NCBI GenBank assembly: GCA_977018835.1
Contig: CDRNXO010000001.1
Span: 1 to 64,000 of the forward strand
Direction: 5' to 3'
From: Minutocellus sp. GHC0000111
Lineage: Eukaryota
DNA length: 64,000 nucleotides
Shown: piece after piece, positions 1 through 11,776 of the stretch
Numbering within the stretch: position 1 is the first letter of the stretch
Layout: each line of letters starts with the position of its first letter
Translations under genes and position numbers: made by a program
The notes under the pieces: model-generated
Seen by the model: the letters and a program-made list of their open reading frames with translations, nothing else
What the model was told of the DNA's origin: nothing
Database searches by the model: none

Positions 1-3000
1 GCGGTGGAGTAAGTGGGTATGCCGCTTGGTGTCTCTATCGTGGGGAAACTTGTACGCGCCAATACCAACTTGGCTCAGCATCCCCTCAAGCGTCAAAATC
101 TTGAGGAGCATTTCTCTCTCCATCACGTCTTTCTCGGCGAAAAGATCGAGCTTGCTCAGAGTTGATACCTTGCATTCAAATCCAATACAGGCAATCAGCT
201 TGAGAAGATCTTGGGCTCTCACATCAAGTCCAATCATCTTCGAGGTGAGAAGGTCAGCGACAGACTCTGTCACTTCCTTGCTCTGGATGGCAACTGCATC
301 CCAATACCACCGGCGAGCACTTGCTGAATACTTACTTCAGCAGCCCCTCGTCACTTAGAGAGACGAGGAACTGCTTCATGAACAAAATGTTTCCACTCGT
401 CTTGGCGGACACGCAGTCTGCCAGCGAACGGGTGATTCTTTTCGGCAAATGCAAGAGGTCTGATATCATTTCATTGGTCTCCATCTTGTCAAAGGCTCCC
501 AAAGATATGTCACTCGCGAAGATGCCAGCTTCTAGCAGATCATGGCGATGCTTCTTTAGAGGATGCATTTCGCTGATCTCTTCATCTCGATAACATCCAA
601 CGAAGAGAAACGATGCGAGGGACCGCTCTGAGATGATTCTGGTGAAAATGTCGAATGCAGCCTCGTCGCACCTGGTGCGAAAAAATCACGCATGTAATTA
701 AAAAGCGACAGCAGGAAAGAGAGAGAGAGAGTTACCTGAAGTAAGAAAGAAGTAGCAAAGAAAAAGTTATCATCACGCAAGTCAAGTCATACCACATACC
801 ACTGAAGATCGTCGAAGAAGAATAGGATTGGCGTCGTGGTAGTTGATATTGCTGTGATGAATAGGTTCAGGTAATAGAACAACTGATTTACACCATCTAA
901 TCCAGAACTTCTTCTCCCGAGCCGTCTCTGCTGGACAATTTCGGGGGGCAAAATGACTTGTAGGCTCGGCATTAAGCCAGACAGCGCGCTTAGTCCTTCG
1001 GCATCGATTGCGTTTACAATAGACGCGCGGATACCAAAGGAGGCTCCATCAGATGCTGTGGATAGACTACTGCAGAAGTCGTCCAATGCCTGACAAATCA
1101 CCTCACAGGGCTGTCGCTGTCGAAGGGCATCAACCTTTCCTGATATAACTCGGCCATTGAGAGAATGCATGGACGTTGCGATCTGCGAATAGACTAGTGA
1201 GGATTTTCCGGTGCCCGAGGCGCCGGAGACATACACGGCCTCTCTCGGACCTCCGCTCTGGAGGACACGTTGAAACGGCCCTGCTAGTTGCTTATGCTGC
1301 AGCTCCCGACCGTAAAATTTGTTATTGTTGTTTTCGAATAGGCACCCGGTTTGATGCTGTGGAGGTAGGTCAAAAAGATGCCTGTCAGGATTTACAACCA
1401 TTGCAAGAAGATCTCGCTCCAGCTCATCAATCGATTGGTATCGATCGGCACATTTTGCATTGTTGGAATTGATGAGGCTCGATATAAGTATAGAGAGCTG
1501 CACAGGTAGATCAGCTTCTCGCATCTTACTCTCGAGGATACCCATGCATGGAGCAGGAACCGGCCGCTTCGATGCCGTGTGGGCGACGTTTCTTTGCCGT
1601 TTTTGCTGCGCACTCCCCGCCAAGCTGCTACACTCAAACATTTCTTCATTTTCCAAGGCAGCACGCGCAAATGACTCGCGAGTTTCTTCGACCATAGTTG
1701 CAGACTGTCGGCCCTTGGTGCACCCATTTGAGTCTGGTGGCGGTGCACTGTTAGGCGGCGGCTCACTGCCTACAAAGGCACTGTATATCATTCGACCAAA
1801 ATCTACTAGGCTCGGGCAGGGATTCGATCTCTTTGACGTTTGTACCAGACTGAGCGCTGTTTGGCAAGCCAATATATGCTGGTTTCGGATCATAGAGGCC
1901 AACGAGGCTGCGTTTTCAATACTACATGAATTGGATGCACTGTTGTTCATGTAGCCATCGGACGTTGCCGAGGTGTAAGGTGTGAGGTCTGTAGTTTCGC
2001 TCATTTGAGATCTTCGGCTCCTTTGCATCGCAAAGTTAGAGTAGCTTGCCTGGAGTTCTCCCCCTTCTGCCGATTCATGCAGCATTTTGAGGAGATAGTC
2101 CGAAGAAGAATTGATCCCAAAATCTCCCGACGAACAATTCAGATTACTTACAGGCTCGAGAAGTGATGCTCTGATAGACGAACGTCTGTGGTCAAGAGCA
2201 ATTGCGGCCTTAGCTCCCACGACACCGGCACTATCGGCAACACTGGGTTCTGCCACTGCGGCTATTGACGATGCTGCCGCTGCGGTTGCACAGTCGCTCG
2301 ATAGTTGCTTTGCACTGCTGTCGAGCAAGTCGTCAATGCGTTGATCAAACTCGACGCCCTCGATCCCATCAAGTGCCGAGAATGAGAAATCTGATGATTC
2401 ATCCGAGAAGCCCCTCGGCCGGCGACGATCTGCTGTCGCTACGTCGCCTGAAGGAACATCACCCAAGCGAGAAGTTGATTTCTGCACAGTGCTCTCCTGC
2501 ACTCCCACTGTGCAGTCATCTCCCATGGCCGTTGGTTCCATCGGTGTCAATGTCGGATCATAAACCCACCCGTCACGGAATCGAATATGCATACGACTCG
2601 CCATTTTCTCCGCGGCACCGGCGCCTGCTACATCGACCATCCCAAACGCATCGCGGCAGCTGTCGATCCAGTATTGATTTGCATTTCTCTTACTCTGAGC
2701 CTGCTTGGGCTTGAACGACTTCATCTTTGACTTGATCTCCTCGGGTATTTTGGGGCAGGAGAAGAAGTGGTACCTGTATTCCCACCAGATCCCGCGATTG
2801 GGGCATAAGACATAAGCATGGCAATGATTAGCACGAACAGATAAATGGAATACGTAACGATGATCAGAGAAATGACCCACCAACAACAACGAACAAACAA
2901 GTACGATCGTTACAATTGATGTGCCTCACCTCTGGAAATTCCGAACTGCCTGATGAACATGGGAGGTTGACTTGGGAAACATGACAGCTCCCTTGCTCTT

Positions 3001-3354
3001 GTTGGGGTCAGTCGCGCAATGGCGACATCGAATGCCGACGGCGCCCAGAAGGGGCTTGCTGCCGCTCTTCTTCTCGGCAATGTCCTGAGGAGTCGCGGCG
3101 AAGACCTCGAGCTGCTCCCGGAGAAGGCAGACGGGCGGGGCCAGCCACTCGGCATCGTTGGGGAGGGCAAAGGGGATGGAACCGGTGGTGGATGGCGGCG
3201 AACGATCCACTGCACTTGTCGAGGTCGGATGCGGATCTTTCGTCCCTTTCGCACTGGGGCATGATGGAGACGACGCCGACGATGCGACGCCATCCGGTGC
3301 CGGTGCCGGAGATGGCGTTGGGTTGCTCGGGGAAGATGTGGACAGTGTTTGCAT
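1..3354 (-). pseudogene. Multidomain protein: N-terminal Cys/His 'GIRCxHC' domain plus STAND-type (AAA_16-like) P-loop NTPase; 3' part frameshifted and running off the window
   Basis: GT-AG intron 2774-2929 joins ...VRNFQR to YHFFSCPK. Walker A GASGTGKS. Walker B FFFDDLQW, with an intron from ~799 to 672 giving DDLQWCDE...FVGCYRDEE. TSGNILF motif. A 4-bp AAGT duplication near 330 creates a stop, and further shifts lie below ~110. Confidence 0.75.
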
Positions 3355-3907
3355 CTGCCTGGTTCGAATGAATTGAAGATAAGAACAAAGAGTTGTTTAT
3401 GAGAGAGCAGCGGGCCTATTTTTGCTTGGCGTTATCTCTATTGGGGTGCGGCGGTGTTCAGAACTGAATGCATATTATTGAAACATGCCGGTTGCAGCTA
3501 TCCCACACAATCAATCAAGCAAGGTGTGAGTGTGAGGCTCGTGAGGGAGGGAAACTACTATGCTCGGGCTTTCCGGATGAAGATTAGGCCTTTTACATGT
3601 ATGTAGGGTTAGCTACGTGACACGGCGGCTATAGTCGCTCTTATGCAATTTTTCCACTTTGGTGATGCTGCATTTGGCCGTGAGGCAACGAGATGCTGCT
3701 CAAAGTGCTTCGGGGCAAGGGAAGGGAGGATGGGTCGGGTTGGACGAGAGACCGACCGAGCAGATGCCATCATTTTTCGCAAGGCAGGGTGGGCCGGCTC
3801 GCAGTTTGCTAGATGTTTCCCTTTTTATTTTTCACCGACCCCGATATATTTATATTGTCTCTAAATGACAGGGCGCTCAAAAAGGGCATAAGTAGCTAGG
3901 CCTATGC

Positions 3908-5182
3908 CTACGAGTCCAGAAGATATGACGGAGTCGAGTCACCACTTTTCAACGATGAGTGGCGCTGCAGCTCTTCGGCATAGAAGAACTTGAGGCAGTG
4001 TTCTCGTTGTTTCTCGGCCGTCTTGGCTGTACTGTCCCACCTCCAATCCAGACAATGCGTCTCTCGTCGTCGGGCCTTTGCAACAAGTGGATGCTGCGTC
4101 AAATAGTCATAAAGGCTGGTCGTTCCGGCCTTTTGTGCGCCCAGAATCATGAAACTCAGCGTTGGGGTCTTGCCAAAATCAGCCGCTCGGTCGATGCTTC
4201 GACGGGTTTGGAGCAACCTCTCTCCCGGTTGTAGTTGGATCCGCCTCTTGATGACAAACTCCGGGTCCACATAGTCCAATATCATGTGAATGCGATGTTC
4301 CTCTGAGCAATTCGACACGGCATGCTTGCCCTGATTATTAATCTCAAAGACGTGGCCGGGATGACACGAAAGTCGGTCCATGTTGTCTTCGGTGGGTCCG
4401 CATCGGAACAGAATCTGCTCTGGATGTGACACAATCACTGGGATGTGGACACGATGAGTGTGACGCACCCACTCACCGGTATCGTGATGGACTGGAATGG
4501 TCACACCCGGTGGAAGCGCGGCCAACAAACACCTCACTACTCGTTCCCGATTCACATTGAGTGCCTCCAATATGGGATCAATTGCCTGCTGCATTTGCAC
4601 CGATCTGTGATACCAGGGCATTTCGTATACGTCTTGCAAAAAGTCGTCACAAAAGATGAGTGCAATCTTTTTGATGCCCCGCGCATCGTGAGACGGTCTG
4701 ATGATGTGAACGTTGTTTTGTGCCGCGTTGGCAGGATCCCACAGGTCCGTCGCCGAGGCAACTGGTTGCGTCTTGCAATGTTTGTACAGCTCTTCGGGGG
4801 TCTTGAATTTGGACGGTATTGGTGGTAGGGGCGAATTGTACCCCTCGCTAACGAGACTACTTAGAGCAGCGACAGATACAGTCCCCCGAGACGATATGCA
4901 CACCGGCTTCGATGGGCCACTGCCATCGCCGCCTTCGTTGCAGTCCTTCTTCTCCTCAGCCGAGTCGCACGCTGACTGACCACCACGCGAACCGCTGGAA
5001 CTTGAACTGTTGGTGGCGTTCTGCGCAATGTAGTCGGGACTTTCCACCGTCGGCGTCAGCTTCCATTTGAGAGGAATTTCTCCATTCTCAATGTCACTGG
5101 CACAAAGCAGGCCTTCCTTGACCAGCGACACAGCAATGCCGTGCTGCCGATCGATCTCTTCCTTTGGTGTAGGTCCTCCCAT
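3908..5182 (-). CDS. Aspartyl/asparaginyl beta-hydroxylase-like 2OG-Fe(II) domain fused to a truncated sulfotransferase domain
   Basis: LAALPPGVTIPVHHD...HRVHIP...FEINNQGKHAVSN...RIHMILD, then the PAPS-binding motif ILGAQKAGTTSLYDYL and DSTPSY just before the stop. The true N-terminus may lie upstream (~5321) in another frame. Confidence 0.75.
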   Translation of the reverse strand: MGGPTPKEEIDRQHGIAVSLVKEGLLCASDIENGEIPLKWKLTPTVESPDYIAQNATNSSSSSGSRGGQSACDSAEEKKDCNEGGDGSGPSKPVCISSRGTVSVAALSSLVSEGYNSPLPPIPSKFKTPEELYKHCKTQPVASATDLWDPANAAQNNVHIIRPSHDARGIKKIALIFCDDFLQDVYEMPWYHRSVQMQQAIDPILEALNVNRERVVRCLLAALPPGVTIPVHHDTGEWVRHTHRVHIPVIVSHPEQILFRCGPTEDNMDRLSCHPGHVFEINNQGKHAVSNCSEEHRIHMILDYVDPEFVIKRRIQLQPGERLLQTRRSIDRAADFGKTPTLSFMILGAQKAGTTSLYDYLTQHPLVAKARRRETHCLDWRWDSTAKTAEKQREHCLKFFYAEELQRHSSLKSGDSTPSYLLDS

Positions 5183-5429
5183 TGGCTTGGCCCTGCTTGT
5201 GCTGGAATGAGTGGTTCCGCGCTTCTTCGTCGAGATGCGCTTCTTCGTCGAGATGGTCGAGAGCGGGACCGAGGACCTTCAGGAAGAAATGGGGGTGTTG
5301 TTTTGAGAAAGATGCGGCCATCGCCACGGCCACGGCCACTGCGGCCACACGCCACACGCCACACGCGGCCACCAACCATCTTTCGATTTCAGGAGCTCGC
5401 CATTCATTTCAGAACAAGAGCAGCCAGCC

Positions 5430-6191
5430 ATGGCAACGTACAAGGAGCAGGTCCTTATTCGATACCATTATCAAGGCGTCGAAGAGTTATTTGACGATTA
5501 TGCTGCCACCTTCGAGAAGCATCTTACGCAGAGGCTTCGATACAAGACCCCCGAGATCATGAAGCAACAGATGGATTTGGCATTCGCTACCGAGGCGTTG
5601 GCAGGTGCAGACCTTGGCAATAATGAGGTAGAAGATGACGACGAGGGATGTACCAGCAAAAGTGATGGAGAATTTTCGTCTAAGAAGTGGAAACGATGTC
5701 TTGATCTGGGATGTGGTAGTGGCTTGGCCGGTGACGTATATCGAAGCGACTGCGCATATCTTGAGGGGTGTGACATCTCCAAGGAAATGGTTAAAATATG
5801 TAAGAAGAAGGAAGGAATTTACGACAAGGTGCTTCACAACAATTTGATGAACCACTTGCGAACGCATAAGGACGGTTCCTTTGATTTGATTGTTAGCGCC
5901 GACGTCGTCATGTATCTGCACGACAACGATCTGGATGCGATGATCAAGGAGTGTGCACGAGTTTTGGAGAGCGAGGGTGTGCTCTGTTTTTCAACAGAAT
6001 CCCTCGATGCCGATTCTGAGGACGAGCATTTTCGCCGTCTTGAGTCGGAACGATTCGCTCATTCTCGCAGATATGTCCTTGATGTCGCCAAGAAGTACGG
6101 ATTTGAATGCAAGAGTGTGGAGAATATTTGCGTGAGGATGGACGATAAGCATCCGATAATGGGCGACATATTTGTGCTCATAAAGTTATAG
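5430..6191 (+). CDS. Class I SAM-dependent methyltransferase (COG4976-like)
   Basis: LFDDYAATFEKHL, motif I LDLGCGSG, FDLIVSADVVMY, RFAHSRRYV; intact 253-aa ORF. Confidence 0.85.
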   Translation: MATYKEQVLIRYHYQGVEELFDDYAATFEKHLTQRLRYKTPEIMKQQMDLAFATEALAGADLGNNEVEDDDEGCTSKSDGEFSSKKWKRCLDLGCGSGLAGDVYRSDCAYLEGCDISKEMVKICKKKEGIYDKVLHNNLMNHLRTHKDGSFDLIVSADVVMYLHDNDLDAMIKECARVLESEGVLCFSTESLDADSEDEHFRRLESERFAHSRRYVLDVAKKYGFECKSVENICVRMDDKHPIMGDIFVLIKL

Positions 6192-6297
6192 AAATAAGAG
6201 TTGAGAAAGCAATTGCCTTCCAACTCATTTCAATTTCTTATCAAAATCTACAACGTACATGTAGCTCCAATTATCCTAGACTAGCTCTATAGAGCCG

Positions 6298-6813
6298 TTA
6301 CTTCTTTGTCGACGGAGGTGGGAAGATCGGGGCAAAGTAATGTCCTGGACGCTCGTCTCTCATGCGTTGAATGGCACCCCGCCATACAGAAGTACTGCAT
6401 GGGATTACCGTCCCATCCGCTAATAGTCTTGCGTCTTTTGAATACTGTTCGTACTGACTTTCAATCTTCTTCCTCAGAGACGATGCAGAGGCCGAGTCGT
6501 TGACCCCATATTTATCGAACTTGTTGTGAATGTCAGGGTCGAGCCGTGCCAAGTCGATCAGTATCATGGGATTGCCGCCATCATCTGAGATCCTGTATGG
6601 GGTTTTTGTATCAGTGTCTTCAGATGGATTGGATGTTTTTGCTTTTGGCATCCACTCATCGTCATCACCGTCATCCGCAGCGGCGGCGGCTTGCAAATGT
6701 TTCCCCTTAACATCCAAGTCGTCATCACCGTTGTCTTTACCATTGTTTCCCTCTGACTTGCTTGGTATGTCAAGTTCAGCGGTCCCCCACTCTTCGTCGG
6801 AGGACGACGACAT
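6298..6813 (-). CDS. Hypothetical protein, 171 aa
   Basis: ATG-initiated ORF with an acidic N-terminus and globular-looking C-terminus, followed by an AT-rich 3' region. Confidence 0.6.
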   Translation of the reverse strand: MSSSSDEEWGTAELDIPSKSEGNNGKDNGDDDLDVKGKHLQAAAAADDGDDDEWMPKAKTSNPSEDTDTKTPYRISDDGGNPMILIDLARLDPDIHNKFDKYGVNDSASASSLRKKIESQYEQYSKDARLLADGTVIPCSTSVWRGAIQRMRDERPGHYFAPIFPPPSTKK

Positions 6814-7230
6814 TGGCTCTCACCACTCCTATTCAATACAGAGTATTGTCCGTGTGCGTCGTGGTCTTTTGAGGGCTTTGTCCGTTGTGGCTTGGCCGGC
6901 GCGCGTACTGTATGGGAACAAGCTAGCAAGTCATGTTGTGTCAGTTCCCGCTCCCCGCCACACGGATCACAAGGCCGCGGCCGGCCCCGCGGGCCGCGAA
7001 GCGGGGCGGGCAGAGCGAGAGACACCACGCATCACACATCCGTGGAACGCAACCCACACTTTCAAAGACCAGCAGCTTGAAGTGGCCCCAAGCGAAGACT
7101 TCGCTGAAAGACCTTGCCGATCGGCAAGAGAGCATTTGTTTTGTGTTTTGCAGCGCATCTTGCTTTTGGCCTGCAAGTTATCCTCATTCTCGATCCCTTG
7201 CAGCCCCGGATCCGATCGACCGAGAAAAGC

Positions 7231-9082
7231 ATGATGCGGCAGATTTGTGCAGTGTCACCTACCGTGATCATAAAGGCTGCGTGCCTTTTGGCTGTGTACC
7301 TCGTGCCCTCGGTGATCGGCGCTAGTGAACTGCGTGATCACCAAAAAGCAGGCATCAGCGTAGCAACGTTGGCCGCTGAGCATCGGCGTGCTCATCACGA
7401 ACACAGATATCTTCGCGAACCGGCTTCACTGCCCACCTCGGGCGGTGCAGACATCAACCTACCATCACCTCCTATCCCACGTGAACGCCGAGAAAGTAGC
7501 ACCGTCTGTGCCGAATGTAACCAAGCTGCTACCACTCGTGCGGCGGGTCCATCTCATGGCAATGGTCAGGCGGCAACAAATTTTTACGATCGATCTGACG
7601 AAAAGCAAGGTGCGACAGCTTCGGGTGCTGAACCACAGCAAGAAAACACGGGACAAGATGACGAAGAAAACGCCGATGGTTCCCCAACGTGGTCATACTT
7701 TGAGCCAACGCTACAGCCGACTGTCGAGGCCGACATTCCCGATGCGTCAACGTATTGGACTCAGACGAAAGAAGATGTGCACAAGGTGGCTGAGTCACTC
7801 GAAGAAGAGATTGATTGTCCGTGGTGTCACGATGTTGAATTGGACCGCGGTCCCGATGGAACGTCCAGCGGCGATGGTGGATTCCCCGACAAAAGCTTCC
7901 CCGATGACCCGTACGACTATCCCAAGGCCAGCCCCGACTCCTACCGAGACAACAACCAAGGCTATGGTAACGCTGCCGATCATCGCCTAATCGATGATAT
8001 GGTGGCCCCATTCTTTCTGCTGGCGGCCGTCCTACTCATTCTAGCCCTCGTTTACACCCTCCTCTTCCTCTGTGTGGTGCGTTTGGGCACCATCCGCATC
8101 GACGAAGATCGCTACCCTCGAGGCAGAGTGTACTTCTGTGGCAGCTTCTGTTTCGTGCCGCTTTGTTGGTTCTACCGTCTCTACGCAGCCGATCCGTCCG
8201 GCAGTGTTGGCATCGCCTCAACGTCCGATGCCAGAGTAATGGGGTTGAAGCGAGAGGAGCGCAAGGAGGCAGTCACCGAATTGCTCAAGCAATATAGTGC
8301 TACTGTGGGAGAGGAGGGTGATGGTGGTCTTTTGGATAATGCTGGTGTCGCTTCTCACTCTGATGCACCCACTGGGAATCCCGCGAGTCCTGATGATACT
8401 GAACCAGCTGTCACTACGACTACGCCGTCATCTGGGGAAGACGCAGGCAATATAAATCCCACGTACGCTGATGAAAACCAGTGCTCAATCTGCCTGGATG
8501 GATATGGTAAGTGGGCAGTACGTGGCATTTTGCATTAAAAGGTGTTAGGGGTTTTCATCCTTCTCTATTATTATCACCGTCGTCGACTCAACTCATTTTC
8601 CTCTCAACACTTACTTGTTGTGCACCTTCGCAGAACCTGGGGACATTTACGTTACTTCTCCCACTACGTGCCCGCATCGTTTCCATCACGATTGTTTACT
8701 GGACTGGCTTACCCGGCGCTGCAATACGGCTTGTCCGTGCTGCCGTCGCGACTTGATCTCGAACGACGATGTGTGGGATATTCATCAGGAAAAGGGCAGG
8801 GAGCGAAGACGAAAACGAAGAAAAGAGCAGGGAGGTATAAGAAATCGTTTTGGTGGATTCAGAAGAGGGGGTCGAAGACAAGATGGTGTGAGTGCAGAAG
8901 GAGGCGCTGAAGCTGCAGGAACGACTTTGAATAGTGTTGATAGGCCTGCTCCTCAAGCCCAGGAGGAGATTCCCTCTTCTACCACCTTGACTTCACCTAC
9001 TACATCAACTGCAGGTGCTTCTGATGTTGAAAGCGGACATCTTGATGCCGGTGAGACGTTTGAAAGTGAAGAGCGAGTGTGA
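7231..9082 (+). CDS. Single-pass membrane RING-H2 E3 ligase-like protein
   Basis: Signal peptide and TM helix (FFLLAAVLLILALVYTLLFLCVV). GT-AG intron 8507-8633 restores CSICLDGYEPGD...CPHRFHHDCLLDWL...CPCCR. Confidence 0.85.
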
Positions 9083-9498
9083 TATGTGCAAATTATGAAT
9101 CTGCAAGTCTTCAAGAGAATATATCTCTGAGTACTTGTACAATAAATGTTGACAATAATAGTACCCTCTAGAACGTAACACCGAGGTAGAGTCTAGATCT
9201 ACTCTGGTGGTACATGTGCACAGCAAGTCCTCGTTTATGATTTGTGCTGCACTTTTTAGACTACCATGAAAGACTGGTTGGTAGGAATTCCTATCAATCT
9301 ACGAGCTACTTTTCTACTTGCGGCTTGTTACGCTTACCAATTGGGGATAGAGAGGAGATCTATCGCATAAGAGTGTCTAATGGTGGTACCAATTGTTGGG
9401 AGACTCGACTCGAAATCTGAACATTCCGGCAAAAGCCACACACGCCCGCCCCTACTACGTAGCCGGAAGACGGACAGACAACGCCCATCTCGCGAAAG

Positions 9499-10930
9499 AT
9501 GCTCGCATATGCATACGGATGGGGGAAGAGCAACTCATATCTATCGAATCTGGAGAAGGTGGCGAAGAAAAGGAGCGGCGGTGGACCGGTATACTGCTTC
9601 CCAACGAGTGCCGATGATTCATCTGATTCGGCCGCCTTCCGTTCTGTCATCGACGATCTTGCAACGGCGACCCGGCGGTATGCTGCACCATATCTCTTTG
9701 CAATTGCCAAGTGCAGGGAGCAGGCAAAGGTGGACTATTCGGTGCTGTCCAGCGCAGAACATGGTGCACGATTTTCGGGATGGATGAAGGCGTATGGTGC
9801 TCTACCTGCATCCGAGAAGGCGATGTGGGAGATGAAGAGGAGATCTCATCTGGCTATGCAGCCATACATTCGAGATGTTATTGTTGATGCTCTGATACGA
9901 AATCCTCGGGAATCTTGGCGGGAGCTGGAGGTTGATGTCAACTTTTGGTGTTCCTACTCGGCAATACGGCGGTGGATAATGTCGCGGGAAGGGTTCCGGT
10001 ACTATGCCGAAAGGATCATCCCTCTCCTTACTACCCATCAGATGGAGAAACATTTGGTATTTGCGCGGAAATTCCGAAACAATTGGGGGCTCGGCGGTGG
10101 CAAGTTTCTCCTTATTTTGTTCGATGAGAAGTGGTTTTGGGGCTTGGTTCTTCGATCGTATGCCAAGCAAGTTGCAGAATTGGGTATTGATCCTCGGTCC
10201 TTCTCGGCATATCACCGAAATCACATCAACAAGTGCATGGTGGTGGCTGTCACTGCCTTGGCTTTTATTGACAGCATTGAGAATGGCGGCATCATTGCGT
10301 TCAAGCTTGGACTTTTTCGGGCTCAGGCGCATAAAATTGCGAGGCAGATGGTAAGGGAGGCGGTGCGGCAGGCAGATGGTAGAATCAAATATTGCGGCCC
10401 GGTGGTTCGGAAGAAAGACGATCTATACCTTGTGGATTGCGCGGTGACTGGATGCAGCCATGGCACCCTTGCTTGATAATCCCAAGTTCCCACTGAAAGC
10501 TTTATTTGAGAACAAGATGTTTCCGGATGTTGAGGCTTTGGTCGGACCTGGTGGAAAGTTTGAAGGCTATGTCCCTATTTTTCAGGGCGACAATGCTGGG
10601 CCCCATGCCGAGACTGAATTTGTGGAACATGTGGAAGGATACTGTCGGGACAAGGGATGGCGTTGGGAACCTCAGGCCCCGCAAATGCCCCATATGAATG
10701 TTCTTGATCTGTCTGTTTTCCCTTGCATGTCAAAGCGGCATACAATGTTGAGCCGCGATCGGGAGGGGCTGAAGGTTTTGACAGAAGATCAGACTTGGGA
10801 TGCAGCGGAGGAAGTTTGGATGGGGCTGGAAAACTGGAAGATCGCATCGGCATGCATCCAGGCTCATAGAATTGCAAAGAAGGTAATCGTTGCAAAAGGC
10901 AACAATGATTTTCTTGGAAACGGTGATGAT
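9499..10930 (+). mobile_element. Degraded Tc1/mariner-superfamily transposase (DDxD type, plant-mariner-like motifs)
   Basis: LFDEKWF, FQGDNAGPH and QAPQMPHMNVLDLSVF motifs. Frameshift near 10470. 3' end runs into unrelated sequence. No TIRs found. Confidence 0.75.
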
Positions 10931-11410
10931 CGAAGCTATATTCCGCACCAGTGGGCGGCGGCAGTCATACACTTCGATGAGGTGCAGAGGTCCGTTGGTT
11001 TCATTCTGAAGATGTATCATTATAACATTGAAGCCAGGTAGTCTGAAATCGTACTCAAATCGTCGAACAATCCTAAATTGTGATATGTCAGCCACGTTGG
11101 CTTGCGTCGCCACGTATTGCAGGGCTTCCAATGACACCGATATCGAATCGTTCCTCATCGACGTGAGAAGAGGGGAAAGCTGACCATCCTTCATTAACAC
11201 CGCCTGATCCTTTCCCTCAATCTCTCGGCAATCAACAATGTCCGTCAGACCTCGCTGGGTGGATAACGTGGTGCAACTCAGGGCACACAATATGTAGTAT
11301 GTGACGATGCTCAATTTGTCGGTCGAATCCGAGAGGGATGCCGGCGTGTTGGCCGGCATGAAAACTATCTGTCCATCGAAGGATTCACAGCATGCCTTTG
11401 CTGTCGGAGG
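10930..11410 (-). pseudogene. Fragment of an unidentified protein-coding gene abutting the transposase
   Basis: Open frame with protein-like composition (ORF 10730-11461) and no clear termini of its own. Confidence 0.3.
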
Positions 11411-11776
11411 CATGCAGAGCATGGAATGGAAACAGTTGTATTGGGCTAGCGTTGGCGGCATCTTGCTGCTACGTGTATGCTGCTATGCATACTATCTCTA
11501 TGCTCGTTTGACGAGACTTGTTGAGCGAGCTGAAAAGCTGAAAAATAACCAACCAATCCGGATTGTGGGGAACACCCGTGCACCCGATATTGGTTGTCCC
11601 CCCGTATTCTCGCAAGCGGTCCATCTGCTTTTTCTGCGACCCGAATTCTGCACAGCCAGAATTGATCCGATTGGATGCGCCAAAGAACCTTCATCAATGC
11701 CATTCATACACGCAATAGTAGATAGACCCGCACCAACCTGAAATACGCCATAACAACGAGCAGACTCTTGGCCACC

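Noticed and set aside
9230..11100. Terminal inverted repeats for the mariner-like element
   Set aside because: No convincing inverted pair with a TA duplication was found; the right end appears deleted.
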